Below are positions 37,124 through 51,271 of a stretch of DNA of 64,000 nucleotides, one piece after another (position 1 is the stretch's first letter; each line of letters begins with the position of its first letter). A program made the translations under genes and the position numbers. The notes under the pieces are model-generated. The model was given only the letters and a program-made list of their open reading frames with translations. It searched no databases and was not told where the DNA came from. Source of the DNA: Lobosporangium transversale (taxonomy: Eukaryota); contig NW_019028980.1 in NCBI RefSeq assembly GCF_002105155.1, positions 1,426,001 to 1,490,000 on the forward strand. The letters are read 5' to 3'.

Positions 37124-37992
37124 TTGCATATGAAAGATGAAACACATTGCAAAAATAAAACCGAATAATGAAGTAAAATAAAAAAGCTTTGGGCCATATT
37201 AACACGCACGTCTGGCACGCAATGGAGTTACAAATTACAAATATTTTCTGCGTGATGAATGGATGATAAAACAAAAAGATAACATAGACATGGTGTATTG
37301 AACATGGGACTCAAAGATGTGAAAATTAAATCATTTGGATGACGCCAATAATAGTAAAAAAAAATACTTTGTCATCCCCAACATTCGCACATTGAAAGAA
37401 GTTCATATCATCCAATAACTTACCACGCTCAAAAAGAACAAGGGCAACCTGATGATCACCCTCCCTGTTTGAAGAAACGAACGACAGAAACATGCAAAGT
37501 CAGCTTCTTTTCCCTTTTTTTTCTCCATGATTTTTTTTTTTTTTTTTTTCTTGTATCGTTTTAACTTGAGAACGTATTTGCTTTGTAAACAGGAGTAAAG
37601 GTAAGCGTAATTACCTCTGGATCTCAAACTCGAGGATCTTGCCGCAGAACAAGAAGAAGTCCTTAACTGTTTGATTTTAGCGATGATAAGAAAAAAAACC
37701 TCGTCAGTAAAATAAAATTCATACTCCTGTCATTTGCCAAGCTTAATTCCTTTTTGGATTTATATTCCTCTTACCAGTCTTGCCCGAAGCGGAGGCACTG
37801 ATATTGTCGACAAAGATCAGGTTGGGGGTAGGGGTTGAGGGGATCTATCGATGAATACATATTTAGTTATTGAGAGGATATTCGAAAATTGAGCGACGCG
37901 ATTTCTCTTGCATAAAATACATGTAACCAAACATTCTTCACCATCAATTCAGAATATCCTTTCTTTACCTTAATGGTAGTCCAGTTAGTCAT
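36331..37992 (-). CDS. RRM-containing Vip1-like protein, 6 exons (includes a 41-nt exon at 37424-37464)
   Basis: IFVDNIS, VKDFFLFCGKI, ALVLFERDSAAKTACMLTNA, QENKPKATIFAEILAAGYHLQD and KGLEIDAKYG. Confidence 0.82.
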
Positions 37993-38049
37993 GTTGGATA
38001 TTATGTGATGTGGATTGTATGGGTGATTTGAAGTAAAAGTATGTAGTTG

Positions 38050-38083
<34 letters not shown>

Positions 38084-39707
38084 AAAAAAATTGTGAATGA
38101 ATGGAATGAAGTTTTATGAAATCAAACGATGTGATACGAGTATTTATACGACATGAATTTCATTGAAGGATGACTTTCTACGAAACGAACATTAAATGAA
38201 ATCGAAATGATGTCACATGAAGAAATATTTCCATATGATTGTGCTCAATTTAGCACGGTCCAAAACGAAGTTTGCACGCATTTGCTCAACTCTCAGAAGA
38301 ACCCAGAACAATCAATGGCTGCGGCTATAAAAAATAAAACCTCTCTTGTCTCTATTATTACCAATGACTGGAGTACTTGTAGATGAAGGTTTATCGTTTC
38401 TCCGCTCGGTTATCCTTTAGAGTCCTCTGGTTTGATTTGTATCTTGAACAGCAAAAAATAAAAAATCTGCATTTATGCTCATGCGCTGACTATGCGTCAT
38501 ATGCCAAGCCATTGTATCGTCATCATCTGTGAACAGCAAGTAGTGGATGTATCAAGAATAAACTAGTTCTCAGTGGTGCTTAAAAGGGGTTTGGACCGCC
38601 TACATGACATGACATTTTAACCAGAAATGTCACGATCGTTGTGAGACGTTTGGCTTTAGGCCTGTTTGTCCTTTCGCTTTTTTTTTTTTTTTTTTTTTTT
38701 TGACGTTGTTATGCCATGTGCGAATCAAATGGCTTTTTTTTACGTTGACATGCCTTTGCCATATGTCAACGAAGGGTGCGGGATATTCAAGAGCTAATGA
38801 TGTACAGGGAACAAGCGCATGGGAAAGTGAGCGTCTGATGTCTGATACATTCGAAACATGTGCGGATGTATGGGATGGGGTACATTCCACCCTTCTTTAG
38901 AAAGTCGTCCACCCCATAATTCACATAGGCTTAATTTTTTATTTTTTATTTTTTTTTTTTGTAGTGCTCTCGTGTTTTATTTTGTTTTTAATTGCATTTC
39001 TCCATAGACTGCAGAGCACAGGCATTGTGGCTAGAGACTTGCATTTGCACGCGTTTCCTTTCAGTTCAGCGACTAGAATAAGATCCAGAGTAACATCAAT
39101 GGAATCAAGATAATTGTCTTTCCAAAAACTGATCCAAATACTGTAGAATCATTCAAATGAGAATACATTCTAGCTTTATTGCATATTTGCAACGAGAGTT
39201 GTATAGATTGCGACAATGCAAGTATAAAAATGAACACTACAGAACAAGACATAGGACAGAAGGCATACAGTCATGCGGTACATTGGGAAGAGAGAATATA
39301 TGTAAATGTATTGTGACAAGATAAATATTAAGGTAAGTTTAGAGCAAGATGAAAGCAAACAGGCTGAACGATTGAGCAAAAGAAAACTAAGCAGTAAAGC
39401 AAAAATCAAGAAAACAAGAAAGAAAAGAAAAAAAAAAGATAAAGAAAAAGAAAAAGTACAATGAAAGCTCGCAAGAGAAATAAAGGCGATATCAAGAAAA
39501 TAATAGTAAAAGGAGGTATCTTGTCGATCATATGAATCGCCAACCAGGACGGAAAGAACGCCTTAGAGCCCCATGGACATGCATTGATCCTTGAACACGA
39601 CACATTCTCATCCTTGGCCATTGCTGTATTGTCTCATGTTACTTGTAAATATCTCTGTCAACATGCATTTTTTTTTTTTTTTTTTTTTTTTCCTTCCTGG
39701 AGAACAT

Positions 39708-42101
39708 TTAGTCCTGGTAATTGCGGTTTGAGCCTCCGATCAATCCCTCTTCCTCTTCAGATTGCTGCGCTACAAGGGCAAGCGCAAAAAAACACGCATG
39801 AGATATTTTAGATATCAAAGGAATATAGCCTTTTCTGTAGAGTGATTAACTAACTATGCATATGAAGCACGAACCTTTGATCCTAGGAATGGACAAGCAC
39901 TTGATACCAAGATAGGTACAGAACCTATCAATGACGAGAAAAGCCCATTGGGCATAGGCGACAGCAACGAAGATGAAGTAGGCCCACAAATAGTAGTATT
40001 CGGTGTCGGCGCTGAAGATAGGGTCCCAGCCGAAAACAACAGGAGCGTTGGTAATGAAAGCGCCGACGACCAAGGGGATGAGCTGGACGGTGAAATATGG
40101 GAAGGGCATCTTGGTAACATGTGCCAAAATGATCTTGGTAGCCATACGTCCAAAGACAATACCGACAGTGACTGCAAAGAGAATAAAATGCTGTGCAGAG
40201 AAAATATACGAATAAGGTGACGACAACCAGGCATAGGCACTGACCAAGAACAGCGAAATGGGCAACAACTCAGAGTAGGCAGCAATCACAGACTTGTTCT
40301 GTTCCTTGCATGACTTGTAGACAGCAATCAGGCTAGACAAGATTCGAGTAAACGGGCATGTTAGCTGGTGTATAGTCAAAGTGCCAACGTGCTCCAGGAC
40401 CCTTTTCTCAAGGGAATAATGTAGTCTTACCATGGAGGGATGTGACCAAAGACGAGCAACATCGTCATAGCAGTAACCATGAGATCCAAGACAATCCAAT
40501 CCTTGGGAAAGATACCAAAGTTGGTACCGAAGATCTCAACGATCTCGCTTCTCCAGAACATGGGGCCTTTAAATCCAGAAATCAACATCACAATACAAGC
40601 AATGAGGAGACCCTCGGTTGGACCATTGACATATCCCAGGTACAAAACACCGGTGTGGTATTCTTCCCAGGTTGACAAGAAGAAGGGCAGAGTGGTGAGG
40701 AGCAAGAGGAATGCAGAGTACCAAGAGTGGCCCATGGACATGCAGGCAGCCTGGTTGACAGAGCCAATGCAGCAATTCAAGGCATCACATCCATGGTCAA
40801 AAAGCTCTCCTAGAGGCGAAGACGTTCCCGTGCGACGAGCTTGCTTTCCATCCACATTGTCAAAAGTCGAGTACAGCCACAGTCCAATGGCACAGCTAAA
40901 ACAATGAATAATACAGTATACAAAATTCAATACTCCGCTAACATAATTATAACAACAGCCGTTCTATCTCTCGTTCTCAGACATCAGCCGCCAAGCATTT
41001 TTCATTCCATTTTCAATGCCAAGCAAAAGGCAGTAGGTGAGACATGAAGAAAATGCTTCGGTAAACTGTATTGCCAGCCATTTCTCTGCTGCTGCTTTTT
41101 TTTTTTTTTTTTTTTTTTTTTTTTCCCTTCTCTGGACAATACACATTGATTCCTTTATACGATTATGAGAAGAGAATGGCATGTTTTCTGTATCTGTCCT
41201 TATTCAGCTCACCTGAAGTAGACCCAGGTAGGCCCGGGGGTATACAGGTCAGGGATGTAGTAGATCACCGCCAACATGTTTGTAATCACGAATCCAAAGC
41301 CGATTAACGTAATCAAGTTAGGTCTATGATTAGGCAAGTGGTCAACATGAAAGAAGTCTGTGATTAGTCTCAACTTTTTTAACCTCAAAATGGACTTGGG
41401 AAACAGTAGGCTGTATGGAGAAATAATGCTCATATTTTTTTTTTTCTTGTGTTGTGTTCCTGCCAAAGCGAGCCGGGCAGTCCAAAATACAGGATAAAGT
41501 AGGCTGAATTGATTCCTTGTGTGTGACGATTGGTCTTTTTTTAATCCATCATCAATCTGTGCCCACACTCCTATTTTCCTTTGACATCAATGATATTCCA
41601 TGTGCAAATGTTTACCACCTTGGTTAGGCGTATGTTGTTGATCTTTGACGGTGTAAGCAATAAGCAGAAAAAAAATGGCAGGTTGATCTGGTACCAAATT
41701 TCTCCATGGTCGTTCCTGCGAAAATGCCCAGATTAATCGAGGCTGTGCGAAACCAAAAGTGTAAAAGTGCCATGTTCGACATCATGGCCCATGTGCTCAG
41801 AAATAAAAAATAAAAAAATAAAAATTGAAACACATTTGGCATGAACTGGGCAGTCGACTAAACAGTCGAGATCTTGCACTTTGTCTCTCCTTCTCCCTCC
41901 CTCTCTTTCTCCTGAAGAGTTTTTGGGTACTTACGCCATCCACATTGGGAACAAGGTCACGGCCCAGTTCCAGTAATGGCTCAGAATGTACTTTGTTATG
42001 GGCGACTTGTCGATACAGCCATACTTGTACAAACGCAGGTTGGCAAGACCAGCTTCGCTCACATAGTCGGACTCATGTATGCGGTTTCCGAATCCCAACA
42101 T
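39708..42101 (-). CDS. Choline/ethanolamine phosphotransferase (CPT1/EPT1 family), 5 exons
   Basis: NLRLYKY..IDKS, PMWMAPNLITLIG, CDP-alcohol motif DNVDGKQARRTGTSSPLGELFDHGCD, and TWEEYHTGVLYLGYVNGPTEG. Confidence 0.93.
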
Positions 42102-45100
42102 TTTGTTGATGCTTCACTCTTTTTTTCTTTTCTTTTTTATGTTTACTTCTTTCTTTCTATTCAGTTGGCTGAGTAGAAAGGAAGGGAGGGGAGGAAAAAA
42201 AAAGGATGTCGAGGGGGGGAAGATGAGTGGAGAGGATGGAAAGTAGATGTGTGCTGATGAGGAAACTAGATGAAGAAAGAGCAACAAGGGGTGAAGAAAG
42301 AAAGAGAGAGAGACAAAAAAGAAAAAAAGTAAAAAAAGATCAGCTTAAGGAAATATATAAAAAAGAATGCGCTAGGCGGGTGCGGAGAGGGCGGCTGTAC
42401 AATGGGAGTGGACAAAACAAATGCCCCAATTGACGAGCAACCCGACTTGTCTGATGGGGCCCTACTCTCTCTTTAAACAATGCCACGTTAGATCCTTAGT
42501 CAGATCTGAACCATCTTATTTTCACATTCACAGGCAAAAAGAAAACAAACAAGTTTATTTTTCTTGTCATGGACATGGATGAACACAAACACTCCACAAA
42601 TGCACACGCGCATCAAGCATGCACAAGCCAAGCATCAAACACTCCAAGCAATCTCTGGCTTCTTCACAGCCTGGAGGAGGGATAAAATGTAATAAAAAAA
42701 GGACTGTCATTAAGAAGAAATAAAAAAGATTCTGTATCATTGGCCCATCCCCCCATCCCCATCTCCGCGGTCTTTCTGCTCTCCGCTCTCTCACATGGCG
42801 GCACACAAACTAACCTTTGGCACAAATATGTCTTTTTTACCCCAACAACTTTTTTTTTTTTTTTTTTCCATTTTTTTATATCAGATTCCACACATCAGAT
42901 TCATATTGAAATGCACAGGCACCCTTTTTTCATTTGCCAGGTCGTTCTGTTCCACCATTCGACCTATTATAACGTTATCTCTTTGTCACTTGATCACCGG
43001 AAGTGATGTGGAATGATGTCGAAACGATTCGCTTTTTAAAGCATTGAGCAAGTTTGATCTGCTTTGTTCGTGTGCCTTATTTCACTCCACATGGCAACAA
43101 AACATTTTTCTTTACAGTTGTTACACCAGCATCCCAGGCACAAATTGACAATTTTTTTTTTTTTTTTTACTATCCTTCCTACTCCACATCCCCAACCCTT
43201 ATTTCCCTTTTAATGCTCATTGCTCCCATCAAATTGTCCATGTCCGGAGAAGGGAAGAGTAAAATTATTAAATGAACTAGGCTGATGTGCTTATATTACC
43301 ATTGATCTAGAGTAATATATATAATACATATGTCTATACAACAGCCTGACATTACAAGCTTGAATCATTGCCAATGATTGTCACCACCGATTGTGCACTT
43401 TTCTTGTGCTTACAGTTTACAAAGGGTTGATCTTGTTCTACTAGCTTCAGAAATGGAGAAAATATTTCCACACTAAAAACCTCGTGTAATGTCGCTTAGT
43501 ATACAGAATATATATATACCTTGATTATCCCCAGTTTTTCAGCAAAACAAAACAAAACAAAACAAAAACAACGTTTTTGCAAGCTACAAAGTATAGCTTG
43601 AGCCGAATAGTCTGCCACAACTGCTGTGGATCGTTGAACTTGCAACCTGTATTTTTGAAAGACAGCATTCGTTTTCTCAATAAAGCTTATGAAGGAAGCG
43701 TCCAATCCGTAACAGTATTTTTGGGAATAATAAAAATAACATTTCCCACCTTCACAACTAATAACATGGAGCTTGTTATTTCCAACCTATCACACACGTT
43801 CAGCTAATATTCCTAAAGGGAAGATTTTAGATGCAGGACAAATCGAGGTTGGGAGCGAGTCTAAGGACAAATATAATATCATGGTCTAAACAAGATGTAT
43901 CAGAAAGTGATCTAACTCATAAGATACATTTCTACAGAGTTAGAGCTCAACTCAAGTGGCGTTTTTTAGGCCAACTCTCCTTCCCGGATGCTCAGCAAAT
44001 CAGCTTTGACGCGTCGCATAGGCATGAATCATTTGGAGAGGCAATCAAACCTAGCCAAAACTTCTATTATATATAAACATGTAAAAGGCTTCATGATATA
44101 TATCATAAACCATCCCTTTTCATTGCAGGTCTATAATTAAAAAAAAGAAAAAAAAAGAAGCTTTTTAGCTTTTCATGTTCAACTTCAACTGTTAATGTGG
44201 ACAACTAGCCAATGACAATACTAACCCTCACCTCCCAATCTGCTGTGGTATTATATATATTTATGTATGATACAAAAATGAGTTTTAAATGCGTACCTCT
44301 AGAAGATGTCTTTTAGCATATATACATGTGTATATACAATATTATTATTTTTATACACCGAAACAAAGAGAAAGAAGCTCTTCTTACTAAAAATGAAGAT
44401 CGTCCCAATTATATATAATGCACTGACAAAGCTGTAAAACCCTTTTTCTGACTGTCTATAGCTCGGTCAAACTCTCCGATGGATCTATGTAAGAGCGCTC
44501 CAGTGCTTCACAGATTGAGCCTGCTTGATACGTTTGAGGATGAAGACCATGTCGTCCGGAACTCATCGAATGTCAGCGCTTATTATAAAAAAAGAGAACA
44601 GTGTGTATACCAAAGGCTCTGATAATGAACAAAAGGAGAAAACTGGGAGAAATATATATACAAGCATAAATATGCGCGTGTCTGTCAGAACGTCAATTGT
44701 GCGAGTGATTAAAGTTTACAGCCGTACGATATTATAAAATCCAGTATGGCCAAATATATATCGTTTTCGCTTTATCCTTGTCCTTGTTCTCATCCTTATC
44801 TCGCTTTCTTTTTTAGTAAGAAAAGAAAAGAAAGAAAAGAAAGAAAAAAAAAAAAAAAAAAAAAAAGATGTGAGATGTGATATATTTCTGAAAGATCCAG
44901 GAGAAACGAACTGTAGAAAAGACAAAGAAGCGAGTGCCAATCACCATCACCAAGAATGATATGACGATGAAAGGACCAAGTGCGATGAAGCGGTATTAGT
45001 CAAAACAACAGAGCTACATGTAGTGCGCTCCCATGTTTTATATCCACGGCGCATTATATTGTAAAGAACCTTGTTTTATTTACTCTTACCTCCGCGCCTT

Positions 45101-46388
45101 ACCAAATCCACTTGTTTATTATTATTATTATTATTATTATTTTCTTGTTGGCTTCCAAAGTCTCTTGTAATTGTGGTGATTTCCAAAGACCAGGAGAATA
45201 CAATGAGCACTGTCTGCTGTTATGGCTATGCTATCTATTATGTTTTTGACTTGAGAGACTGCACTGGAGTGGTGCACGCTCCTCCCTGGAAGCTATTCAT
45301 ACTTTTTTCTTTTTTTCTTTCTTTTTTTTTTTTTTCTGTACCATTGCAGAAATACGCTAAGCTTACATGACAGTAGTGTAAACTTTCCAAAGAGCAAAAA
45401 AAAAAACAAAGCAGCAATAAGAGTAACCATACACAGCTTTCCGCGCTCTTTTTAATTTCGAGCTGTACCTTTCCCCCTTTCTTTTTCACCTCTTTTAGGA
45501 ATGTGAGATGTTATGACTTCTAAATAATGCGTATAAAAAAAAAAAAAAAAACGATGAAAGTAACTATTTCTGTATGCAATGCAGAATAAGAATGGGTCCA
45601 AAATTCGGCAGCAGCATTAGCGAATTCTTCGACTTTAAAAAAAAAAAAAAATAAAATAAAAATAAAGAGAGCCAAACAGCAATGAGCTTTTTGACCTTGT
45701 TTTTCAGACGGAGCTCAAGACAAGATGATGACACAGAAAAAGAAAGGGTTAAAAAAGAGGGCGCAACATGTTACCTCCAATATATAACAAGGGTGATAAC
45801 TTCAACCCATGTGTTCGGTCGGGGGTATTACAAGACAACCAAAGTTTAGACCACTAGTCCGTTGTGTTGAGTTGAGTTGAGTTGAGACAAATAGACGGGC
45901 GAGAGAGCATTAATGTTGGTATGCATCCGCCGAAGCGGTGATCCAGACCCCTAACTTTTATTTCCCTCTTTGGGTTAGAGTTCCTGTTCTAAGGTTATAA
46001 CTCTTTTCTTCCGTCCACTCTATTCACACTTCATACACACAAACAAAAAAAAAAAAAACTATCAAAGATCGTCATTCCCCTCTTTGGCTCTTCTTTGCTC
46101 CAAAGTGTGTGTATTCAGATGGACATTTCGTTCATCTTTCATCTCTTCTCCATTCTTCATCTACTTTGCATTCCTACAAACTCCATCATCGTGTCACCTT
46201 TGTTCAGACGCGTCTCATTAAAAAAAAAAAAAAAAAAAAAAATTAAAAAAATTATTTTAAGATCACAGACCCAACGTATGCTTTCTTGACCAAACACATC
46301 GACATAACGGCCATCCTGTCAGTGTTCCTGATCACAACAACAGAAAAGAAAATCCTTTTTCTCCACAAAAAATAATAATAATAATAAA

Positions 46389-47870
46389 ATGCGCACGGTC
46401 AAATCTCAGTCTTCACTCATAATCTTCCTCAGTGTTGTCTGTGCATGCCTTCAAAGCATCGCCCTGGCCTCACCAATACCTGAATCACCACTTCCTTTGT
46501 CATCATTTAAGACAACGACAGCAGTAGCACCAGAGGCAACACAGGATTCTTCATTACAATCCTCAGCATCAGTCCCATCCTCTTCAATTCCTTTCTATAC
46601 CCGAAGCACTCCACAGCGACCATCGCCAGTATTGCCCACTCTCCATTTACGATATGAAAGCTTTTTTCGACGACGTAAAACTCTTGATGCTAGAGCGGAG
46701 GCTGTTGATGGCAAAGTGAGCGACCCAAGTTCCTCCGACATGAATGGATATCTGTATGGACTTGCAGCAGAAACAGATGTTATCCCACCACTTCAAGCCT
46801 GGGTAGATTACTACGCTGTCGATGGTACTTACATTGGCGATGAAAACACCACTACTGGTAACTGTCTCATCCTCTCCATCCCATCCTGGGGTATCATCAA
46901 CATCACACCCATGAGAGGTAGGGCCTCTACAGACAAGGATGAGCTCGTCGTTTACAATGATAAAGACTGTAAAAGACCAAGTCGGAGCCCAGGTTCTCGT
47001 ACAGGTCTTATTTTATTCGCACCTTATTTCAGAAGAATGCCTCAAAGTATCAGATGGACCCGCACCTCGGTATTACCACCGCCACCGCCACCACCTTTGG
47101 TCACCACCACATCTTCCTCACCTCCAACCACCACTACCGCCGCTTTACCATCTCAGCCCGTCACTACAACTCCCACCGATACCATTACTACCACATTAAC
47201 TTTATCTACTCCTACTCCCTCGACAACCGATCCAACCCGGATCCTTCCCACTTTCCCAACGGCTCTTATTCCTCCAAAACCACTCAGAGGGAATGCATGG
47301 GAGGAAGAGGGCCGTTGCCAACGTGATCGCAACAGGGATGGAGACCCAGACGGTTGTAAGAGCGAACAACAAGTGAATCAAATGTTGGTTATCGGTATCG
47401 TTATTGCCATTTTAGTGGTCGGCCTCATGGCCGCTGGCTCCTACTATATCTACAGAACTTTTTACAAACCCGAGAGTCTCTCCGAGGCCTTCCGATCAGA
47501 GACCACTAGTGCTCGTCAAGCTAATGGGAGTGCCGATCGAGGCTCACGTCAAATAGACCATATTGAAGACCTTATCCTTGCTCGCAATCAAAATAAAAAC
47601 TCGAACAAGGATAGAAATAGTAGCCGTAATAGTTATAATCCTAATCAAAATCAAAATCAAAATCATAGAAATAGTTATATTAGTAATAGTAATAGTAATA
47701 GCAAAAACGGCATCCTCAGCAAACATTCATTTTCATTCTCTCGGTCTCCAACTGGATCTGGATCTCGAACACAGCCATCATTACGAAACCAAGAATCAAC
47801 AGAATCCATTGGATTCAAGCAAAATTCATCTGATATTAATTTAATCGAAAGAACTTCGATCAAAAAATAA
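46389..47870 (+). CDS. Uncharacterised type I membrane protein: signal peptide, small Cys-containing domain, Pro/Thr/Ser stalk, one TM, Asn/Ser-rich tail
   Basis: 493-aa intronless ATG ORF with hydrophobic N-terminus ending ALA-SP and TM MLVIGIVIAILVVGLMAAGSYYIY. Confidence 0.75.
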   Translation: MRTVKSQSSLIIFLSVVCACLQSIALASPIPESPLPLSSFKTTTAVAPEATQDSSLQSSASVPSSSIPFYTRSTPQRPSPVLPTLHLRYESFFRRRKTLDARAEAVDGKVSDPSSSDMNGYLYGLAAETDVIPPLQAWVDYYAVDGTYIGDENTTTGNCLILSIPSWGIINITPMRGRASTDKDELVVYNDKDCKRPSRSPGSRTGLILFAPYFRRMPQSIRWTRTSVLPPPPPPPLVTTTSSSPPTTTTAALPSQPVTTTPTDTITTTLTLSTPTPSTTDPTRILPTFPTALIPPKPLRGNAWEEEGRCQRDRNRDGDPDGCKSEQQVNQMLVIGIVIAILVVGLMAAGSYYIYRTFYKPESLSEAFRSETTSARQANGSADRGSRQIDHIEDLILARNQNKNSNKDRNSSRNSYNPNQNQNQNHRNSYISNSNSNSKNGILSKHSFSFSRSPTGSGSRTQPSLRNQESTESIGFKQNSSDINLIERTSIKK

Positions 47871-48300
47871 AAAAGATGGATGAACATTCTGAATTTGTTA
47901 TATGCTTTCAATGAGTTTTGAATATTAGCTTGCCAGCGCCTTTTTATTTTTATTTTTTTTATTTTTTTATTTTATTTTATTCACAAAAGATAGACCGAGG
48001 AGTTTAAATAGAGAAGAGTCTGCTTCATTTTTTTAAAGCTCGGGCAATAAATAGCGTTTTTTGTTCTTATGAGTGGATGTGAGTGTTAAGAATGATACAA
48101 AGTAAAAGCACAAAAATCAGTATTTTTTTTTTTTAGGGGTTAATAATTAACAAAAAAAGAAAGCAGACCAAAAAAGTTATAGTGAATGAGCGTGTCGAGG
48201 TAGATCACTTCATGAAGGGTATCAAGTGTGGTCAGAGAAGCAGAGGAATAGGCTTAAAAAAAAAAAAAAAAAAAAAATGCATTGAGCACTTCTTTTTTTT

Positions 48301-51271
48301 TTATGCCTTGACCTTGCGATCCTCCACCTCAACCTCAACAGCTGCAACCCAGCGGGCCAACTCATCAGCCTTGTCAAAGACCTTGCCAAAGTAGATCACG
48401 GCTTGTTCACCATCCTTAGCAGCCTTCTCTTGCTCGGCACGACGTCGCTCATGAGCCTCAATCTCCTTCTGGAATCGGTTCTGGATCTCCCAAGCATTGC
48501 TCTTGAAGATACGGCGGCAGTCCTTGGTGATGCGCATAGCCTCATCATGAACGATTGTACCCTCGCGAATGTGTGCACGAAGCTTACGTGCAGTCTTGCG
48601 TGCAAGCGCATGCTTCATATCAGCAGCAATGTAGAGAAGGAGACCCAATCCAGCAGCAGTGACGACGGGGACAGCCCACTTGCGGACGGTGGACATACCA
48701 ACTGTGTTGGTAATGTCAAACAAGCTGTGGATCAAAGATTTGTAACCTAATGCCTTGCTGGAGAACATTGTGACAGCTCCGAGCGAAACACTAGCGACAC
48801 CCAACTTGTCCTGGACCTCAAAAACATCCGAAAATTCTAATGCAAGCTCATCCTTAAGTTTGCCTGTTGAGATTCGAGCAGGGTCTGGCTTGGTGAAGAG
48901 GGTCAATGCATCCGACTGAGAACCTGATGAAGCGTCATTGGCCAAATTATGAATGTCATTGACACATGCCTTAGTCTTCTCCTTGGCCTCAGACTCACAA
49001 CTCTTGACACGGTCAACAAATAGGTCCGCCATAACGTAGCGCAGGTCATTCGAATATTGCCAGACGTGCAATAAACCATTCCAGGGAACAAGAGTCGAAA
49101 CAGCATTCTCAATGTCGTCCACAGAGTTGCTGAGTTTCTCACGCGTCATCGAGTCAATCAATGTGCAAGTCTCTTCCGCAAGACGGTCAACCTTCTCCAA
49201 AACCATCTCACGCCTGATCAACGTCTCCTGGTACTCAGGCTCACCACGCTCCAATTCCAAACGCACCTTGGCCAACTCCTCAGCAGCCATCTGACGGTTG
49301 GATTCGGAAAGAACACTAACGTCACTCAAAATATTCTCAAGATAGACCTTGGCGGGAGCAAGCTTGGACTTGCAGCGCTTCTCGAGCACAAAGGATCGCA
49401 AGCACTCCTCAAGTCGCAGGAAATCAGCAGGAAGCTCTCCACCCTGAATGATCTCTGGCAAGCATGATCCTGCAGAAACAAAGTGAACAAGTTCATCAGC
49501 ATCCTCATAAGTTTTGGCGGAAAGCTGTTTAATCTGGTCTAGAATCACACGCTTGCAGCGCTCCTTGTCACGAATAGAGTCGAATCGATTGACAACAATA
49601 AAGATGTGGGTCTTCTCGTTGGCAGCATTCCAGAGGAACTCTTTACCCTATGTGTTAAAAACAAGATATGAGGATGAGAAACAATTTAGTGAGGTTTGTC
49701 GCTTTAATCTTGTACCACCATTTTGTAGGAACGGAAAAAAAAAGGTTGCTGAGATGGAAATTCATCAAACAACGTCTGGTTCCCATGAAAAAAAAAAAAA
49801 ATAATAATTTGTATTCAACAAAAAATTGTGACATCAGTCCATCTCATTAAACACATGACCCCACAACACATGGCAACTCGTGGTAGGAGAAAAACAAAAG
49901 TATGACTAAGACTGACTGATGCTTGCAACACTTAATTGTCTCCTTCCCCTGTCCACGCGAGATTTGTCAGGAACCCTTGTTCTCCCGCGCACACTCCATA
50001 TACACATATCAATGTACACATTTCATGTAAAAGACAGAGAATAAAATAAAATGAAATAAAATAGAAAAATAGCCGACAGTAATTAAAAAACAATGCAGTC
50101 ATAAAGTCAAACTTACAGAGAGCGTAAAGTGATTCTCAGCAGAGACAACAAAAACAACGACATCGATCTCCTGTTGACGCGCAAAAAGAGCGGTGGTCTT
50201 GACAGAATCGCGGTTTAGACCAGGCGAATCAATCAAGGCAATGTCGACAACTCCATTGTGGAGGAGTGAGTCATTAACGAGGCGGCGATCCGTGCAGTAA
50301 ACCTTGAGCTGTGCATAGTCCTCGTAGCCATCAATCACATCGTTCATAAACTTCTCCAAGTGACGGATATCAACAACAGTGAACGTATTGGGATCCTCGC
50401 GGTTGTAGGTCAAAGGATCCTTGATGGCATGAACAGCTTCCTGGCCTTCGTTTTCCTGAGCATCAAGAACCTCGCAGAAGAGCGAGGTGCAAGGCTGTTG
50501 ATCGACAGGAAGGATGGTACGCTGCATCAAAGCATTGACCAAGGTCGATTTACCAGCATTAAGATCTCCAGTGATCAAAACCTTTGAACTCTTATCAGAG
50601 ACACGCTGATAAAGGTTGTCAAGGTGCTTAACACTCTGTTGAATACGTGCATCCAAAAGATGGGCAATGGCGTTGCGTTCCAGGCCACGTAGCAGAGTGT
50701 CATTGCCAGTCGCATAGTTACCAACCTTCAAGTCCAGCTTGAGAACGTTTAAATCCGAGAGACGACCAGCCAAAGACTCCAAAGGAGTATGCGAATCGCG
50801 GGGCGAGCCAGAACTAGTGGTGAATGAGCGCTGAACACGCTGCTGGAGAGGAAGGGATGAGGGACGGTCGATATCCTCATCAGAATGAAAGGTGGTCGAG
50901 CGACGAAGAAGGTTGGGAGAGGCCGTGTTGGCAACAGCGGCAATGGAGGAGTTCTGGAAGCAAGGGTAGTAAGTCTGCCAGGGCTTTGTTACGTTGGTCT
51001 CACGAATCTCCTCGAGTAGGCCTTTGGTGCTTTGAATCAGGTTGAGGAGACGATTAGACTTGTCGGCAAAGACCTGCTGCTGCAGAAACAGGTTGTGATT
51101 GTAAGGGTTCTCTTGAGGGAAAGAGGTAGCAGCAGCGTAGGAAAGGGAAGGAAGGACATGATGTGCAATAGAATGTGGTCTCTCTGAGCTGTCCATGCTG
51201 AGTCTGGGAAGGGAGTTCCTCCTTTGAGCAGCCTGTGCTGAGGAATGTTGAGTTGAGAAGTATGAAGTCAT
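48301..51271 (-). CDS. FZO1: Mitofusin / dynamin-like GTPase Fzo1; intron 49648-50116
   Basis: SKVLITGDLNAGKSTLVNAL, LPVDQQPCT, NGVVDIALIDSPGLN, LFARQQEIDVVVFVV, IVVNRFD, HFVSA, plus C-terminal TM hairpin and coiled coil. Confidence 0.92.

Noticed and set aside
39708..39900. Possible selenoprotein I (SELENOI/EPT1) with Sec-UGA
   Set aside because: The modelled C-terminal exons contain no in-frame TGA and end in TAA; no SECIS could be identified.
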